A DNA stretch of 64,000 nt, taken from an uncultured Methanosarcinales archaeon (GTDB lineage: Archaea; Nanobdellota; Nanobdellia; Woesearchaeales; DSVV01). This document shows, one piece after another, positions 1 to 9,338 of the stretch (position 1 is its first letter; the number at the start of each line of letters is the position of its first letter). The translations under genes and the position numbers were made by a program. The stretch lies in the NCBI GenBank assembly GCA_964452935.1, contig CAYVNO010000009.1:2106-66105 (forward strand), in the 5' to 3' direction. The notes under the pieces were generated by a model. It was given only the letters and a program-made list of their open reading frames with translations. It searched no databases and was not told the DNA's origin.

Positions 1-1209
1 GTCATGTGCAACCAGAGCAGAGACATCAGCTAACGCTCGAAAAGCTTTTTTTAATGTCCCAAGTGCTACTCTAGTTTCATCTAACGCACCTTCTCTTTCT
101 GTTAACAATCTTCTACTTGTTTCAAGTTCTTTTCTTAACCTATCATACCCCCTACTAAATGCAAACATAAATGCGTCACACTTACTTTTTAGATAACTAA
201 AAAGAAACACGCTTTTTGGTAAAGTTAAATCTAAGACTGATCTCTGTGCACCGTAGATTGATCCACTTTGTAAAAGAGTAAACCCATCAACATTGAAATC
301 ATCTGTGATATAAACAGGAGTAATTTCTCCTTCTGGTTTTGTATCTGAAATAAGAAAATTCACTCCGTGTCTTAAAGAGAACAAATCTTTTAGTTGATCC
401 TGAGATGGGTTTCTAGGAAGTTTCAAATGACTGAAACCGGAAATAGAATCTGGATTAACATATAATCCTACTTTTTCTCCCCCAATGTATAATCCGTCAT
501 CTCTAAACTCAAAATCAAATCTTTCATCAGAATACATAAGGTGGCTAAATAACATATCTGCAATTCCTGCTTGAAATATCTTATGATGTGCACCCATTGA
601 TTTACCGTCCCCCATCATGTTATCGACATCTAGTATTGAACCTCTTGTAAATGCTTCTGCAAGGTGATCTATTCCTAAAATTCTTTGAGAGGTATAAGTA
701 CAAACATAATCTAGATATACTTCTGCAAGTCTTGAAGAAGGATGTGCTGTATTAATTGATAAGATATTATTATGATCAGGAGCATGCTCTTTCAGTTTTT
801 TTAAAGAAGGTGTTCTAGATCCTAACACTCTCGCTGCAACCTTTAAAGAAGCTTTTATCTCAGAAGACGCCAAGTCAGAACTTCTTCTACCAATATCTTC
901 CATTACAGCAATAGCATTCTTGTTCCCCTTTTCTCTTTCTCTTTCTTTTCTGATTGTTCTCCAAACCAATGTTTGAACGTTGTGAATATCAGGAATATCA
1001 CCAAAAGGAATATATCCTTCCCAAATAAGTGGAACAAATGTGTCTTCATATAAGCATATTCTTTTAAATCCTGCATCCATTCCATCAAACAATTCATCTA
1101 AGGATCCTCTCCCATATTCTGCTTCCCAAAAACCAGTAACAGCCCTAACATTAGTAGTAGTTCTAATCTGCATCGGCTGTCCAAGCCTGTTTCTTTCTAT
1201 CTCTCCCAT
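1..1209 (-). CDS. Partial ORF running off the left edge; probable sensor histidine kinase
   Basis: Not in the ORF track. The frame from ATG 1209 (MGEIERNRLGQ...) is stop-free down to base 1 and ends in a coiled-coil-like stretch followed by ...ALADVSALVAHD, resembling the start of a HisKA H-box. Confidence 0.55.
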   Translation of the reverse strand, partial: MGEIERNRLGQPMQIRTTTNVRAVTGFWEAEYGRGSLDELFDGMDAGFKRICLYEDTFVPLIWEGYIPFGDIPDIHNVQTLVWRTIRKEREREKGNKNAIAVMEDIGRRSSDLASSEIKASLKVAARVLGSRTPSLKKLKEHAPDHNNILSINTAHPSSRLAEVYLDYVCTYTSQRILGIDHLAEAFTRGSILDVDNMMGDGKSMGAHHKIFQAGIADMLFSHLMYSDERFDFEFRDDGLYIGGEKVGLYVNPDSISGFSHLKLPRNPSQDQLKDLFSLRHGVNFLISDTKPEGEITPVYITDDFNVDGFTLLQSGSIYGAQRSVLDLTLPKSVFLFSYLKSKCDAFMFAFSRGYDRLRKELETSRRLLTEREGALDETRVALGTLKKAFRALADVSALVAHD

Positions 1210-1316
1210 TATTCACAACCAAAACAAGGTAATAGACTTCAATTTATATTAATTATCATTTCCAACACACAAAATAATAAAAAATTATATATACTTCAAA
1301 GATTCGTCACAATGTT

Positions 1317-2423
1317 ATGACGAAAACAGATATAGTCATTCAAACAATAAAAAAAGACAAACTAGAAGAATTCCTCCAGTTTTCAGAAATTATTTACAAA
1401 AACAACGAAGTCTGGGTTGAACCTTTGCTAATCGAAGAAAAAAGATTCTTCAGTAAAAAAAACCCTTACTGGAATCACGCATTATGCAAACTATTTATAG
1501 CAAAAAAGAAAAATAAAATAGTTGGAAGACTTGCAGTTTTCATTGATAAAAAATATACAAAAATAAGCAAAGAAAAAGTTGGTTACTTTGGATTCTTTGA
1601 ATGTTTCAACAACATAAACATAGCAAAAGAGTTATTCAAAGAAGCATTTAAATGGTTAAAAAATAAGAAAATAAAAACAATAAGAGGACCAATCAACGGA
1701 ACAATTACAAGAGAAACAGGTTTCTTAATACACGGATTTAGCATAAGCCCAGAACCATTGATGAACTACAACCCAAAATATTACAACACTTTAATGAGAA
1801 AACTAAATTTCAAAAAAAAGGTTGACATGTTTGCATACAAAATAAACTTAGACAAAGTAAAGTTCAAAAAACCGTTAAAGAACATAACAATAAGAGAGCT
1901 AAACAAAAGCAACATGCAACAAGAAAAAAAGAAAGCCAACCAAATAATAAACAAAGCAATGTATGGTACACATCAATTCCAGTTCGTACCATACTCTCAG
2001 AAAGAGTTCGACTACATGGCAGGAGAGATGGTGCACCTAAACAAAGATTTTATTCTATTCGCAGAAAGAGATAACAAACCAATCGGAGTTATAATTGTAA
2101 TCCCTAATTATTATCCAATAATAAAAAAATTCCACGGAAAACTTGGACTATGGAAACTATTATGTCTATTATGGAACCTAAGAAAAATAAAAGACGCAAA
2201 AGCAGAAATAATCTGTGTCCTCCACCATGATGAACATAAAGGAGTCGGAACTTATTTAATGGATTCAATCATTAAAAACCTAAAGAAAAGAAAATACAAA
2301 ACAATGGAATACTCATGGGTCTATGATTATAATATTCCTTCTATAAAACTAGCAAAACACTACAAAGGAGAACTGTATAAAAAATATAGATTATATGAAA
2401 GAAAAGTCACAAAGAAATTCTAG
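1317..2423 (+). CDS. YghO-like tandem GNAT N-acyltransferase
   Basis: WVEPL, VGRLAVFID, GYFGFFEC, RGPING, MNYNPKYY, HKGVG and EYSWVYDYN motifs typical of this family. Confidence 0.75.
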   Translation: MTKTDIVIQTIKKDKLEEFLQFSEIIYKNNEVWVEPLLIEEKRFFSKKNPYWNHALCKLFIAKKKNKIVGRLAVFIDKKYTKISKEKVGYFGFFECFNNINIAKELFKEAFKWLKNKKIKTIRGPINGTITRETGFLIHGFSISPEPLMNYNPKYYNTLMRKLNFKKKVDMFAYKINLDKVKFKKPLKNITIRELNKSNMQQEKKKANQIINKAMYGTHQFQFVPYSQKEFDYMAGEMVHLNKDFILFAERDNKPIGVIIVIPNYYPIIKKFHGKLGLWKLLCLLWNLRKIKDAKAEIICVLHHDEHKGVGTYLMDSIIKNLKKRKYKTMEYSWVYDYNIPSIKLAKHYKGELYKKYRLYERKVTKKF

Positions 2424-3100
2424 TATTCAGCTATAACAGTCTCTCCTGCTTTTACTCTCTCTCCTGGTTTAACTAAAACTCTAACATTCTTACAAGGAAA
2501 GACCATATCAACTTGTGAACCAAATTTAATCATACCATATCTTTGCCCTTTAACAACATCCTCTTTCTCCCAAACCCATGTAACAATTCTATTCACAGCT
2601 AAATCAGCTATCTGCGTCACATAAACAGGTAAATCACCTTTAAATAAAACAGTCTTTCTCTCATTCTCAATCAAATAAGCAGACCCACTATAATAAGGCA
2701 TTAATCCTAACATCTCTCTTATCCAAGTCAAAGTCATTGCTCTGTTTTTATGTTTAAAATGAGTAATCTTCTTTACCGAACCAGAAATCGGTGCTCTCTG
2801 CACATGAACATCAATCGGAGTCATAAAAACACCAACTAAATACTTATCACCTTTGAAAGCCTTTGTTTCAATTATCTCCTTCAAAGTAATCTTCTTTCTT
2901 TTTTTAACAGCAATAGGAACACTATTCCTTTTTACTTTCTTAACATAAACAACTCTTCCATCTGCTGCACTAATAATATTTCTCCCTGCAGGAGTTTCTC
3001 TACTTGGATCTCTGAAAAAGTATATTCTATGCCAAAATAAATACAAAAACACCAAAACAAAAACAACCACTCCAACAAAAACATAAATCATCTTAAACAT
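2420..3100 (-). CDS. psd: Phosphatidylserine/archaetidylserine decarboxylase proenzyme
   Basis: N-terminal TM helix, FFRDP, SAADG, FMTPIDVHVQRAP, NER and the FGS self-cleavage motif. Confidence 0.85.
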   Translation of the reverse strand: MFKMIYVFVGVVVFVLVFLYLFWHRIYFFRDPSRETPAGRNIISAADGRVVYVKKVKRNSVPIAVKKRKKITLKEIIETKAFKGDKYLVGVFMTPIDVHVQRAPISGSVKKITHFKHKNRAMTLTWIREMLGLMPYYSGSAYLIENERKTVLFKGDLPVYVTQIADLAVNRIVTWVWEKEDVVKGQRYGMIKFGSQVDMVFPCKNVRVLVKPGERVKAGETVIAEY

Positions 3101-4625
3101 GCCTCACTTTTATCTTTTTTTGATACGGAAATTTACTAAACTCAAATAAATTAACATTAACAATATCTAAATTCTTATGTTCTCTTCTTATATTCTCATA
3201 ATCCTGTCTAAAATCAGGGTTTGTTTTCAATAAAGACTTCTCAATCTCTTTAACATACAACCTCTTCAAAGATTTTGAAGACTTAACTCCCTTCTTCAAC
3301 TGAAAATCAACAACTAACATCTCATTCTGCTTTTTATCAAACTCTACTTTTAACCTAAAATTCTCAGTTGTCGTTGACAATATCCTTCTGTTAGAATAAA
3401 TCCCTTCTTTTATATTCTCAGGATAAATCAAAGACCCACAAAAAGATATTGTACCATCACTCCTACCAATAATAAAAATAAACGGAAGAGGGGTATCTAA
3501 CTTCATTTTAATTCCATGCTTCTTTAACAACCCACTCATTTTATTATGAGAAACAATGCCCCCTTTGTCTTTTATATTATATTTAATCAAAGGGGTCAAA
3601 GTATGTAAACTAGTTGTAGTAAAAAGAAGTTCATCTTTTTTATTTGTATAGATATAATACTGTGTAGGATCATACTGAAAGATCATTGGCAACACATTAA
3701 TATCACCAAATAGCTCTTTAGCAAACTTTTTATTCTTCCTAGCAATTCTCCTTATCTTAACACCATCTTTTGTCTCATTTATTCCAGTAATACCAATATC
3801 AGAAGCACCAAACGCAGAATACACCTTGCCTTTTGTACCAATCTTTTTATACATATAATCTCTCCACTCCTCTGTTATCGGTTCTCCACCTGTCAATAAA
3901 CTAATCCTATACTTCTTCCAATTTATTCTCTTTTTAATTCCTTTCTCTATAACATCCTTCAAAAAATAAGGATTACCAACAATAATTGTCTGCTCAAACT
4001 CTTTATTCAAATCCTTAAATATCTCCAAAACCTCATCCTCAATTAACCCAGGATTAATTATAGTAGTCTCTTTATCAGCTATTCTCAATAAATTAATTCC
4101 ACTAACCCAAGACCCTAAAGCAAACCCATTTATCAAAAGAGTGTGATACTTATCAGTGTCATACAACATCTGCATTCCGAGTGTAGCAAAATTCTTTGCA
4201 TGATTTTCTTCAGCCCTTGATTTTGCCCAAGTACAAGGTTTACCAGAAAAACCAGAACTTCTAACTAACAACCCTGCTTTCTTCAAACCCTTATCAACAC
4301 ACAAATGCTTTAAAGACTTTGCAACCTTGACATAACTCTTTTTATCAATATGTGGGACATATTTCATAAAATGGTCCATAGACTTTATTTCTTCATGATT
4401 AATTTTATTATTATCTAAGAATTTCTTATAATGTGGAACTTTAACAGCTGCCTCTTTAAACATGTACAACGCCTTCCTTTTGCCAACCTCCTCTAAAAAG
4501 TGAGGATCTGTACCTAACAAAAACTTCTTAAACCTTTTAGTATCAGAAGCATGATAATTAACTAATCTCTCAAATATATTCACTGGAATTACTCTGGACA
4601 AGATTCTAGTCCACAAAACATTCAC
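3093..4625 (-). CDS. Phenylacetate-CoA ligase (PaaK)-like adenylate-forming enzyme
   Basis: SSGFSGKP P-loop, GGEP, FGASD, PLIKYNIKD and GRSD motifs. Confidence 0.75.
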   Translation of the reverse strand: MNVLWTRILSRVIPVNIFERLVNYHASDTKRFKKFLLGTDPHFLEEVGKRKALYMFKEAAVKVPHYKKFLDNNKINHEEIKSMDHFMKYVPHIDKKSYVKVAKSLKHLCVDKGLKKAGLLVRSSGFSGKPCTWAKSRAEENHAKNFATLGMQMLYDTDKYHTLLINGFALGSWVSGINLLRIADKETTIINPGLIEDEVLEIFKDLNKEFEQTIIVGNPYFLKDVIEKGIKKRINWKKYRISLLTGGEPITEEWRDYMYKKIGTKGKVYSAFGASDIGITGINETKDGVKIRRIARKNKKFAKELFGDINVLPMIFQYDPTQYYIYTNKKDELLFTTTSLHTLTPLIKYNIKDKGGIVSHNKMSGLLKKHGIKMKLDTPLPFIFIIGRSDGTISFCGSLIYPENIKEGIYSNRRILSTTTENFRLKVEFDKKQNEMLVVDFQLKKGVKSSKSLKRLYVKEIEKSLLKTNPDFRQDYENIRREHKNLDIVNVNLFEFSKFPYQKKIKVRHV

Positions 4626-5587
4626 CTCTTTTTCTTCTTCAAAAGTTTTCTAACATGAGCTAACTCTTTCCTCAACTTTATAATTTCATCACGTATCGAA
4701 GTCTTTCTCTTACTAGTTTTCTTCTTAACATGCTTCTTCTTTAATTTCTTTAAAAATGATAAGATTGCTAAAGATAACTCCTCTGGCTCTTGCAACGGAA
4801 CCCTATGATAAGCTCCAACTAACACTTTCAACTCCGAATTCTTAATCAACCAATGCAACTCCTCAGAGAATTGCACAGGAATTGTTGTATCCTCACTACC
4901 AGCAATTATTTGCACAGGAATCCTTAAACTTTTTAACATCTCCTCTGTCTGCTGAAGATGATTAAATGAATACTCTTGCACAGAATCGATTGTAGATAAA
5001 ATGCTCTTCAAGGGTGTAACATGGATTGCATTCCAAAATATCCCTAACCTACTTTTACTCATCTCTTTTGTAAAATCCAACTCCCTCATTAACGGAAAAT
5101 GATGCTTTCTAAAATGTTCATGTTCTGCTACAAACCTCACTAAAGTCGCAACCCAGGGATTAACATTAAACTCTTTATGATGTTCAAATGGGTATCTATG
5201 AGCAGTCTCAACCAAAATCATGGCACTAGGCATACTTTTTGGATACATTCCACAATAATTAATTGCAACAGCACCACCTAAACTATGCCCAATCAAAACA
5301 AAATTCTTAATCTTCTCTTTATCAAGTATACATTTTAAATCCTTTGAAAAATTCTCAAAATTATATGGTTTCATACCAACCGGGATCTCAGATAACCCAT
5401 GCCCCCTTAAATCAAATGCTAAAGTTGAATAATCCATCCTATCAAAGAACTTGATCTCTTCTTTCCAAACAGTCCAATTAGCACCAATACCATGAAGAAA
5501 GACAAGAACAGGCTGTCTAGTATTCTCTTTCTTATACCTATAATAGATTCTAATCTTATCAAACGATTCTATAAACCTCTCCATCAT
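4622..5587 (-). CDS. Alpha/beta-fold hydrolase
   Basis: FLHG, DLRGHG, GHSLGG nucleophile elbow, GSED, AYH; basic C-terminal tail. Confidence 0.85.
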   Translation of the reverse strand: MMERFIESFDKIRIYYRYKKENTRQPVLVFLHGIGANWTVWKEEIKFFDRMDYSTLAFDLRGHGLSEIPVGMKPYNFENFSKDLKCILDKEKIKNFVLIGHSLGGAVAINYCGMYPKSMPSAMILVETAHRYPFEHHKEFNVNPWVATLVRFVAEHEHFRKHHFPLMRELDFTKEMSKSRLGIFWNAIHVTPLKSILSTIDSVQEYSFNHLQQTEEMLKSLRIPVQIIAGSEDTTIPVQFSEELHWLIKNSELKVLVGAYHRVPLQEPEELSLAILSFLKKLKKKHVKKKTSKRKTSIRDEIIKLRKELAHVRKLLKKKKR

Positions 5588-5690
5588 AAACCTCTTTTTT
5601 ATTTAACACTACTACTCGATTATTAAATTATATAAAAGTATCGATTACTTATCATATATAACTTCCACACCATTCACCCCTATTTAGTAG

Positions 5691-5708
5691 AAGGAAAGTT
5701 ATATATAG
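5691..5708 (+). promoter_or_regulatory. BRE/TATA-like promoter of the por operon
   Basis: AAGGAAAG followed by TTATATATA about 45 nt upstream of the TTG start; GGGGAT SD-like sequence before the start. Confidence 0.4.
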
Positions 5709-5747
5709 TATCCTGTGGCTAAATATACAACCATAAAGGGGATTTAA

Positions 5748-6299
5748 TTGTTAAAAGAGATAAGAATTCATGGCAGGGGTGGCCAAGGAGCTGTAACTAC
5801 AGGACAAATATTAGCAATTGCTGCATTCTACGATGGAAAACAAACCCAGACATTCCCAATGTTTGGTGTTGAAAGGGCAGGAGCACCTGTACAAGCATTT
5901 GTAAGACTATCAGAAAAACAGATCAGCCTAAGATCTCAAATATATGAACCAGATATAGTTCTAGTACTAGAACCAACACTCATAGAAGCTGTTAATGTTC
6001 TTGAAGGCCTAAAAAAAGGAGGCACAGTAATAGTAAACACAAACAAATCAAAAGAAGAACTTAATTTAGGCAAAGATTATACTGTCCACACAATTGACGC
6101 AACAACTATCGCACTAAAAATATTCAAAAAACCGATAGTAAATACCGCAGTTCTAGGATCATTCAGCGCACTAACAAAAATGGTCTCATTAAAATCACTA
6201 AAAAAAGCAATCGATGATGTTTTCCTAAACACAAAAGGAAAAAAGATTGCAGAATTAAACAAAACAGCTATTGAAGAAGTTTACAAAGCAGCAAAATGA
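5748..6299 (+). CDS. porG: Pyruvate:ferredoxin oxidoreductase gamma subunit
   Basis: EIRIHGRGGQGAVT and FGVERAGAPV motifs. Confidence 0.93.
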   Translation: MLKEIRIHGRGGQGAVTTGQILAIAAFYDGKQTQTFPMFGVERAGAPVQAFVRLSEKQISLRSQIYEPDIVLVLEPTLIEAVNVLEGLKKGGTVIVNTNKSKEELNLGKDYTVHTIDATTIALKIFKKPIVNTAVLGSFSALTKMVSLKSLKKAIDDVFLNTKGKKIAELNKTAIEEVYKAAK

Positions 6300-6583
6300 A
6301 AAAGAAAGCAAAATCCAAGACATGTAAAAAAGACAAACTACTTCCAGGAGCAGTAATTAACAAACCAGGGAACTCATTAAATAACAAAACAGGGGGCTGG
6401 CGTTCATTCTACCCAGTCAGAGATCAAAAAAAATGTACTAAATGTGGCTTTTGCTGGATGTTTTGCCCAGATAATGCAATAGATGAAAAATTCGACGCAA
6501 ATTTAGATTATTGTAAAGGTTGCGGAATATGCGTTAAAGTCTGTCCTTTTGGTGCTATTTACATGAAGAAGGAAGAAAAATGA
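6296..6583 (+). CDS. porD: POR delta subunit (2x[4Fe-4S])
   Basis: KTGGWRSFYP, CTKCGFCWMFCP, YCKGCGICVKVCP. Confidence 0.92.
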   Translation: MKKKAKSKTCKKDKLLPGAVINKPGNSLNNKTGGWRSFYPVRDQKKCTKCGFCWMFCPDNAIDEKFDANLDYCKGCGICVKVCPFGAIYMKKEEK

Positions 6584-6882
6584 TTATCACATATATTGTC
6601 TGTAAAAACAAACAAGAGTCAGAAAAAATATCAAAACACCTGCTCGACAAAAAACTTGTCGGGTGTGTAAACATGTTCCCAATAACATCGCAGTTTTGGT
6701 GGAAAGGAAATATTGAAAAAGAGGAAGAACATGTTATCATTGCAAAAACATTTGAAAACAAATTCAAAGAAATAACAAAAGAAGTTAAAAAATTACATTC
6801 ATATGAAACACCAGCAATACTAAAGTTTAATGTTGAAGCAGAAAAAGAGTATGAAGAATGGTTAAGAAGAGAGGTTAAATAA
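6580..6882 (+). CDS. cutA: Divalent-cation tolerance protein CutA
   Basis: KKLVGCVN, SQFWWKG, LHSYETPAI. Confidence 0.9.
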   Translation: MIITYIVCKNKQESEKISKHLLDKKLVGCVNMFPITSQFWWKGNIEKEEEHVIIAKTFENKFKEITKEVKKLHSYETPAILKFNVEAEKEYEEWLRREVK

Positions 6883-6885
6883 GAA

Positions 6886-8061
6886 ATGGTGAAAAAAGTA
6901 ATCGAAGCCAGTATGGCAGTCGCAATTGGCGCAAAACTATGTGAACCTGATGTGATACCCATGTATCCCATCACACCTCAGAGAGGCTAAGCAATAGCTT
7001 ACCTCGTGGAAACACATATAGTAGAGCGACTTTCCGACTTCATAAACAACGGAGAACTAAACTGCAACATGATTCACTTAGAGAGTGAATTCGCTGCATT
7101 AAGCGCAGCTATTGGTGTGAGCGCAACTGGTTCTAGAGTTTTCACAGCAACCGCATCTCAAGGATTAGCATTAATGAACGAAGTTCTTCATGCTTCTGCT
7201 GGAATGAGATTCCCAATAGTAATGGCTGTCGCAAATCGTGCTCTATCCGCTCCAATTAACATCTGGAACGATCATCAAGACTCAATCTCTGCAAGAGACA
7301 CAGGTTGGATACAACTTTATGTAGAAAGTGCACAAGAAGCATTAGACACAACAATTATGGCATTCAAAATTGCAGAGAATAAAAAAGTTTTAACACCAGT
7401 AATGGTTTGTCTAGACGGATTCACACTAAGTCATGTTTATGAACCTGTTGATATACCTATCCAATCTCAAGTTAGAAAATTCCTTCCAAAATTTAAACCA
7501 GATATCTTCTTAGATCCAAAAAAACCAATAACAATGGGGCCTTTAGCATTCCCTGACGTATATATGGAAATAAAAAAAGAACAACAAGACGCAATCCTTA
7601 ACTCATTACCAATAATAAAAACAGTTAACTCACAATTCTATAAATCATTCAAAAGAAAGTATGGAGATGGATTAATAGAAACATACAAAACAAAAGATGC
7701 AAACACTATTTTAATAGCAATGGGAACTGTATGTAGTACTACTAGGACAGTTATAGATGAATTAAGAAAAGAAAAGAAAACTAATAAAGTAGGATTACTA
7801 AAAATAAAGTGTTTCAGACCATTTCCAGAAGAAGAAATAAAAAAAGCTCTAAAAAAAGCTAAAAAGATCGTAGTCATGGATAAAGATATGTCATATGGTT
7901 ATGAAGGAGCATTATACTCAGAAATTAAGTCCGCATTATACGGAGAAAAAAAGGAAATTAAAGGTTGTATTATTGGTTTAGGAGGGAGAGATGTAACTCC
8001 AAAACACATAAAACATGCATTAACAAATAAAGGAAAAGAGAAAACAGAGTGGTTGTTGTAA
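6886..8061 (+). CDS. porA: POR alpha subunit, interrupted by a 30-nt insert (predicted exons 6886-6981 and 7012-8061, 381 aa)
   Basis: ATG 6886 gives MVKKVIEASMAVAIGAKLCEPDVIPMYPITPQ, then an in-frame TAA at 6988-6990. The same frame resumes with THIVE...ESEFAA...TATASQGL...NRAL. Removing 30 nt restores YPITPQTHIVE. Confidence 0.9.
6982..7011 (+). other. Putative BHB-type micro-intron in porA mRNA
   Basis: AGAGGCTAAGCAATAGCTTACCTCGTGGAA. Exon CCTC pairs with intron GTGG (3 of 4 bp), bulges AG^A and AA^A, inner stem GAGG/CCTC plus TAAGC/GCTTA. Confidence 0.7.
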
Positions 8062-8074
8062 AGGTGACAAAAGC

Positions 8075-8410
8075 TTGACATTTGTTCATCATCTGCTGAA
8101 AGAGGATGACTTCAAAGAGAAGTGTGCATATTGTGGTAGTGAGCTCAATGAAGAAGAATGGAAAGAAATCCATGACTCAAGAATACAATACCACAATATA
8201 ACCTGTGAATGCGGAAAAAGAAATACAATAAGAATAGACTCAAAAGATGTTAACCACAACAAATGGGCACAAGATGAGTTTATGAAAAGAAAAACAACAG
8301 AAAAAGAGAGATTAGGAAGACTAATAAAACTAGAAAATTTAACAGGAGACGCACACAAACACATAGCAGAAAAGATTATAGAATCAAGATCAAAAGAACC
8401 AAAGGATTAA
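8075..8410 (+). CDS. Small Zn-ribbon-like hypothetical protein
   Basis: CAYCG...CECG; AGGTGA SD 7 nt before the TTG start. Confidence 0.6.
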   Translation: MTFVHHLLKEDDFKEKCAYCGSELNEEEWKEIHDSRIQYHNITCECGKRNTIRIDSKDVNHNKWAQDEFMKRKTTEKERLGRLIKLENLTGDAHKHIAEKIIESRSKEPKD

Positions 8411-8414
8411 TAAA

Positions 8415-9338
8415 ATGAAACCGGAAAAAGATACAATTTGTGGATTATCAAAAACAGAGCTATTCGCATCAGGACATAAAGCATGTGCTGGATGTGGTGC
8501 AGCATTAGTTCCAAGATTTGCTCTAAAAGCAGCAGGGAAGAACACAATAGTCTGCAACGCAACAGGATGTCTAGAAGTATTTTCAACAGCATATCCTGAA
8601 ACTTCATGGAGAGTTCCATGGATCCATGTAACATTTGAAAATGCAGCTTCCGTTGCATCAGGAATAGATAGAGCACTACAAATGCAAAAGAAAAGAGATA
8701 AAACAAACCTAATAGTCTTTGGTGGAGATGGAGGAACATTTGACATTGGACTACAATTCATCTCAGGAGCAATCGAAAGAGGACATAAATTCACATACAT
8801 CTGTTACGATAATGAAGCCTACATGAACACAGGAATACAACGTTCTGGTTCAACACCTAAATATGCGGCAACAACAACCTCTCCGGCAGGTAAAAAAATT
8901 CACGGAAAAACAGAATTCAAAAAACCAATGCCATTTATTGTAGCTGCTCACGGAAACGTCTATGTTGCAACAGCCAATATAGCATTCCCACAAGATTTTA
9001 TCGCAAAAGTAAAAAAAGCACTGAAATATGATGGCCCATCTTACATACAAATCTACGCACCGTGTCCAACAGGATGGAAACACCCATCTAATATGACAAT
9101 CGAGGTAGCAAAACTTGCATACTACACAAACCTCTACCCACTATATGAGATAGAAAAAGGAGTTCTAACATTAAACAGATTTCCATCAGACCCAAAACAA
9201 GTAGAAGAATTCTTTAAAATACAAGGCAGATTAAAACATCTATCTGAAAAAGAAACAAAAGACATGCAAAAGAAAGTAGACTCACAATTTAAAACAATAA
9301 AACATCTGAGTGATATGAAAACAAGATTTATTCTATAG
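8415..9338 (+). CDS. porB: POR beta subunit
   Basis: GHKACAGCG, ATGCLEV, GGDGG TPP motif, YDNEAYMNTG, PCPTGW. Confidence 0.95.
   Translation: MKPEKDTICGLSKTELFASGHKACAGCGAALVPRFALKAAGKNTIVCNATGCLEVFSTAYPETSWRVPWIHVTFENAASVASGIDRALQMQKKRDKTNLIVFGGDGGTFDIGLQFISGAIERGHKFTYICYDNEAYMNTGIQRSGSTPKYAATTTSPAGKKIHGKTEFKKPMPFIVAAHGNVYVATANIAFPQDFIAKVKKALKYDGPSYIQIYAPCPTGWKHPSNMTIEVAKLAYYTNLYPLYEIEKGVLTLNRFPSDPKQVEEFFKIQGRLKHLSEKETKDMQKKVDSQFKTIKHLSDMKTRFIL

Noticed and set aside
6988-6990. Stop-codon recoding (Sec/Pyl or alternative genetic code) in porA
   Set aside because: The codon is TAA, which ends many genes in this window, and readthrough would leave 10 extra residues inside an active-site motif.
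7006-8061. porA starting at GTG 7006, as in the ORF track
   Set aside because: This would delete the conserved N-terminal YPITP motif, which is present in frame from ATG 6886.
8062-8090. CAAAAGCTTG near the porA end as another micro-intron copy
   Set aside because: It lacks the TAAGC/GCTTA stem and is explained as the spacer between an AGGTGA SD and the TTG start.
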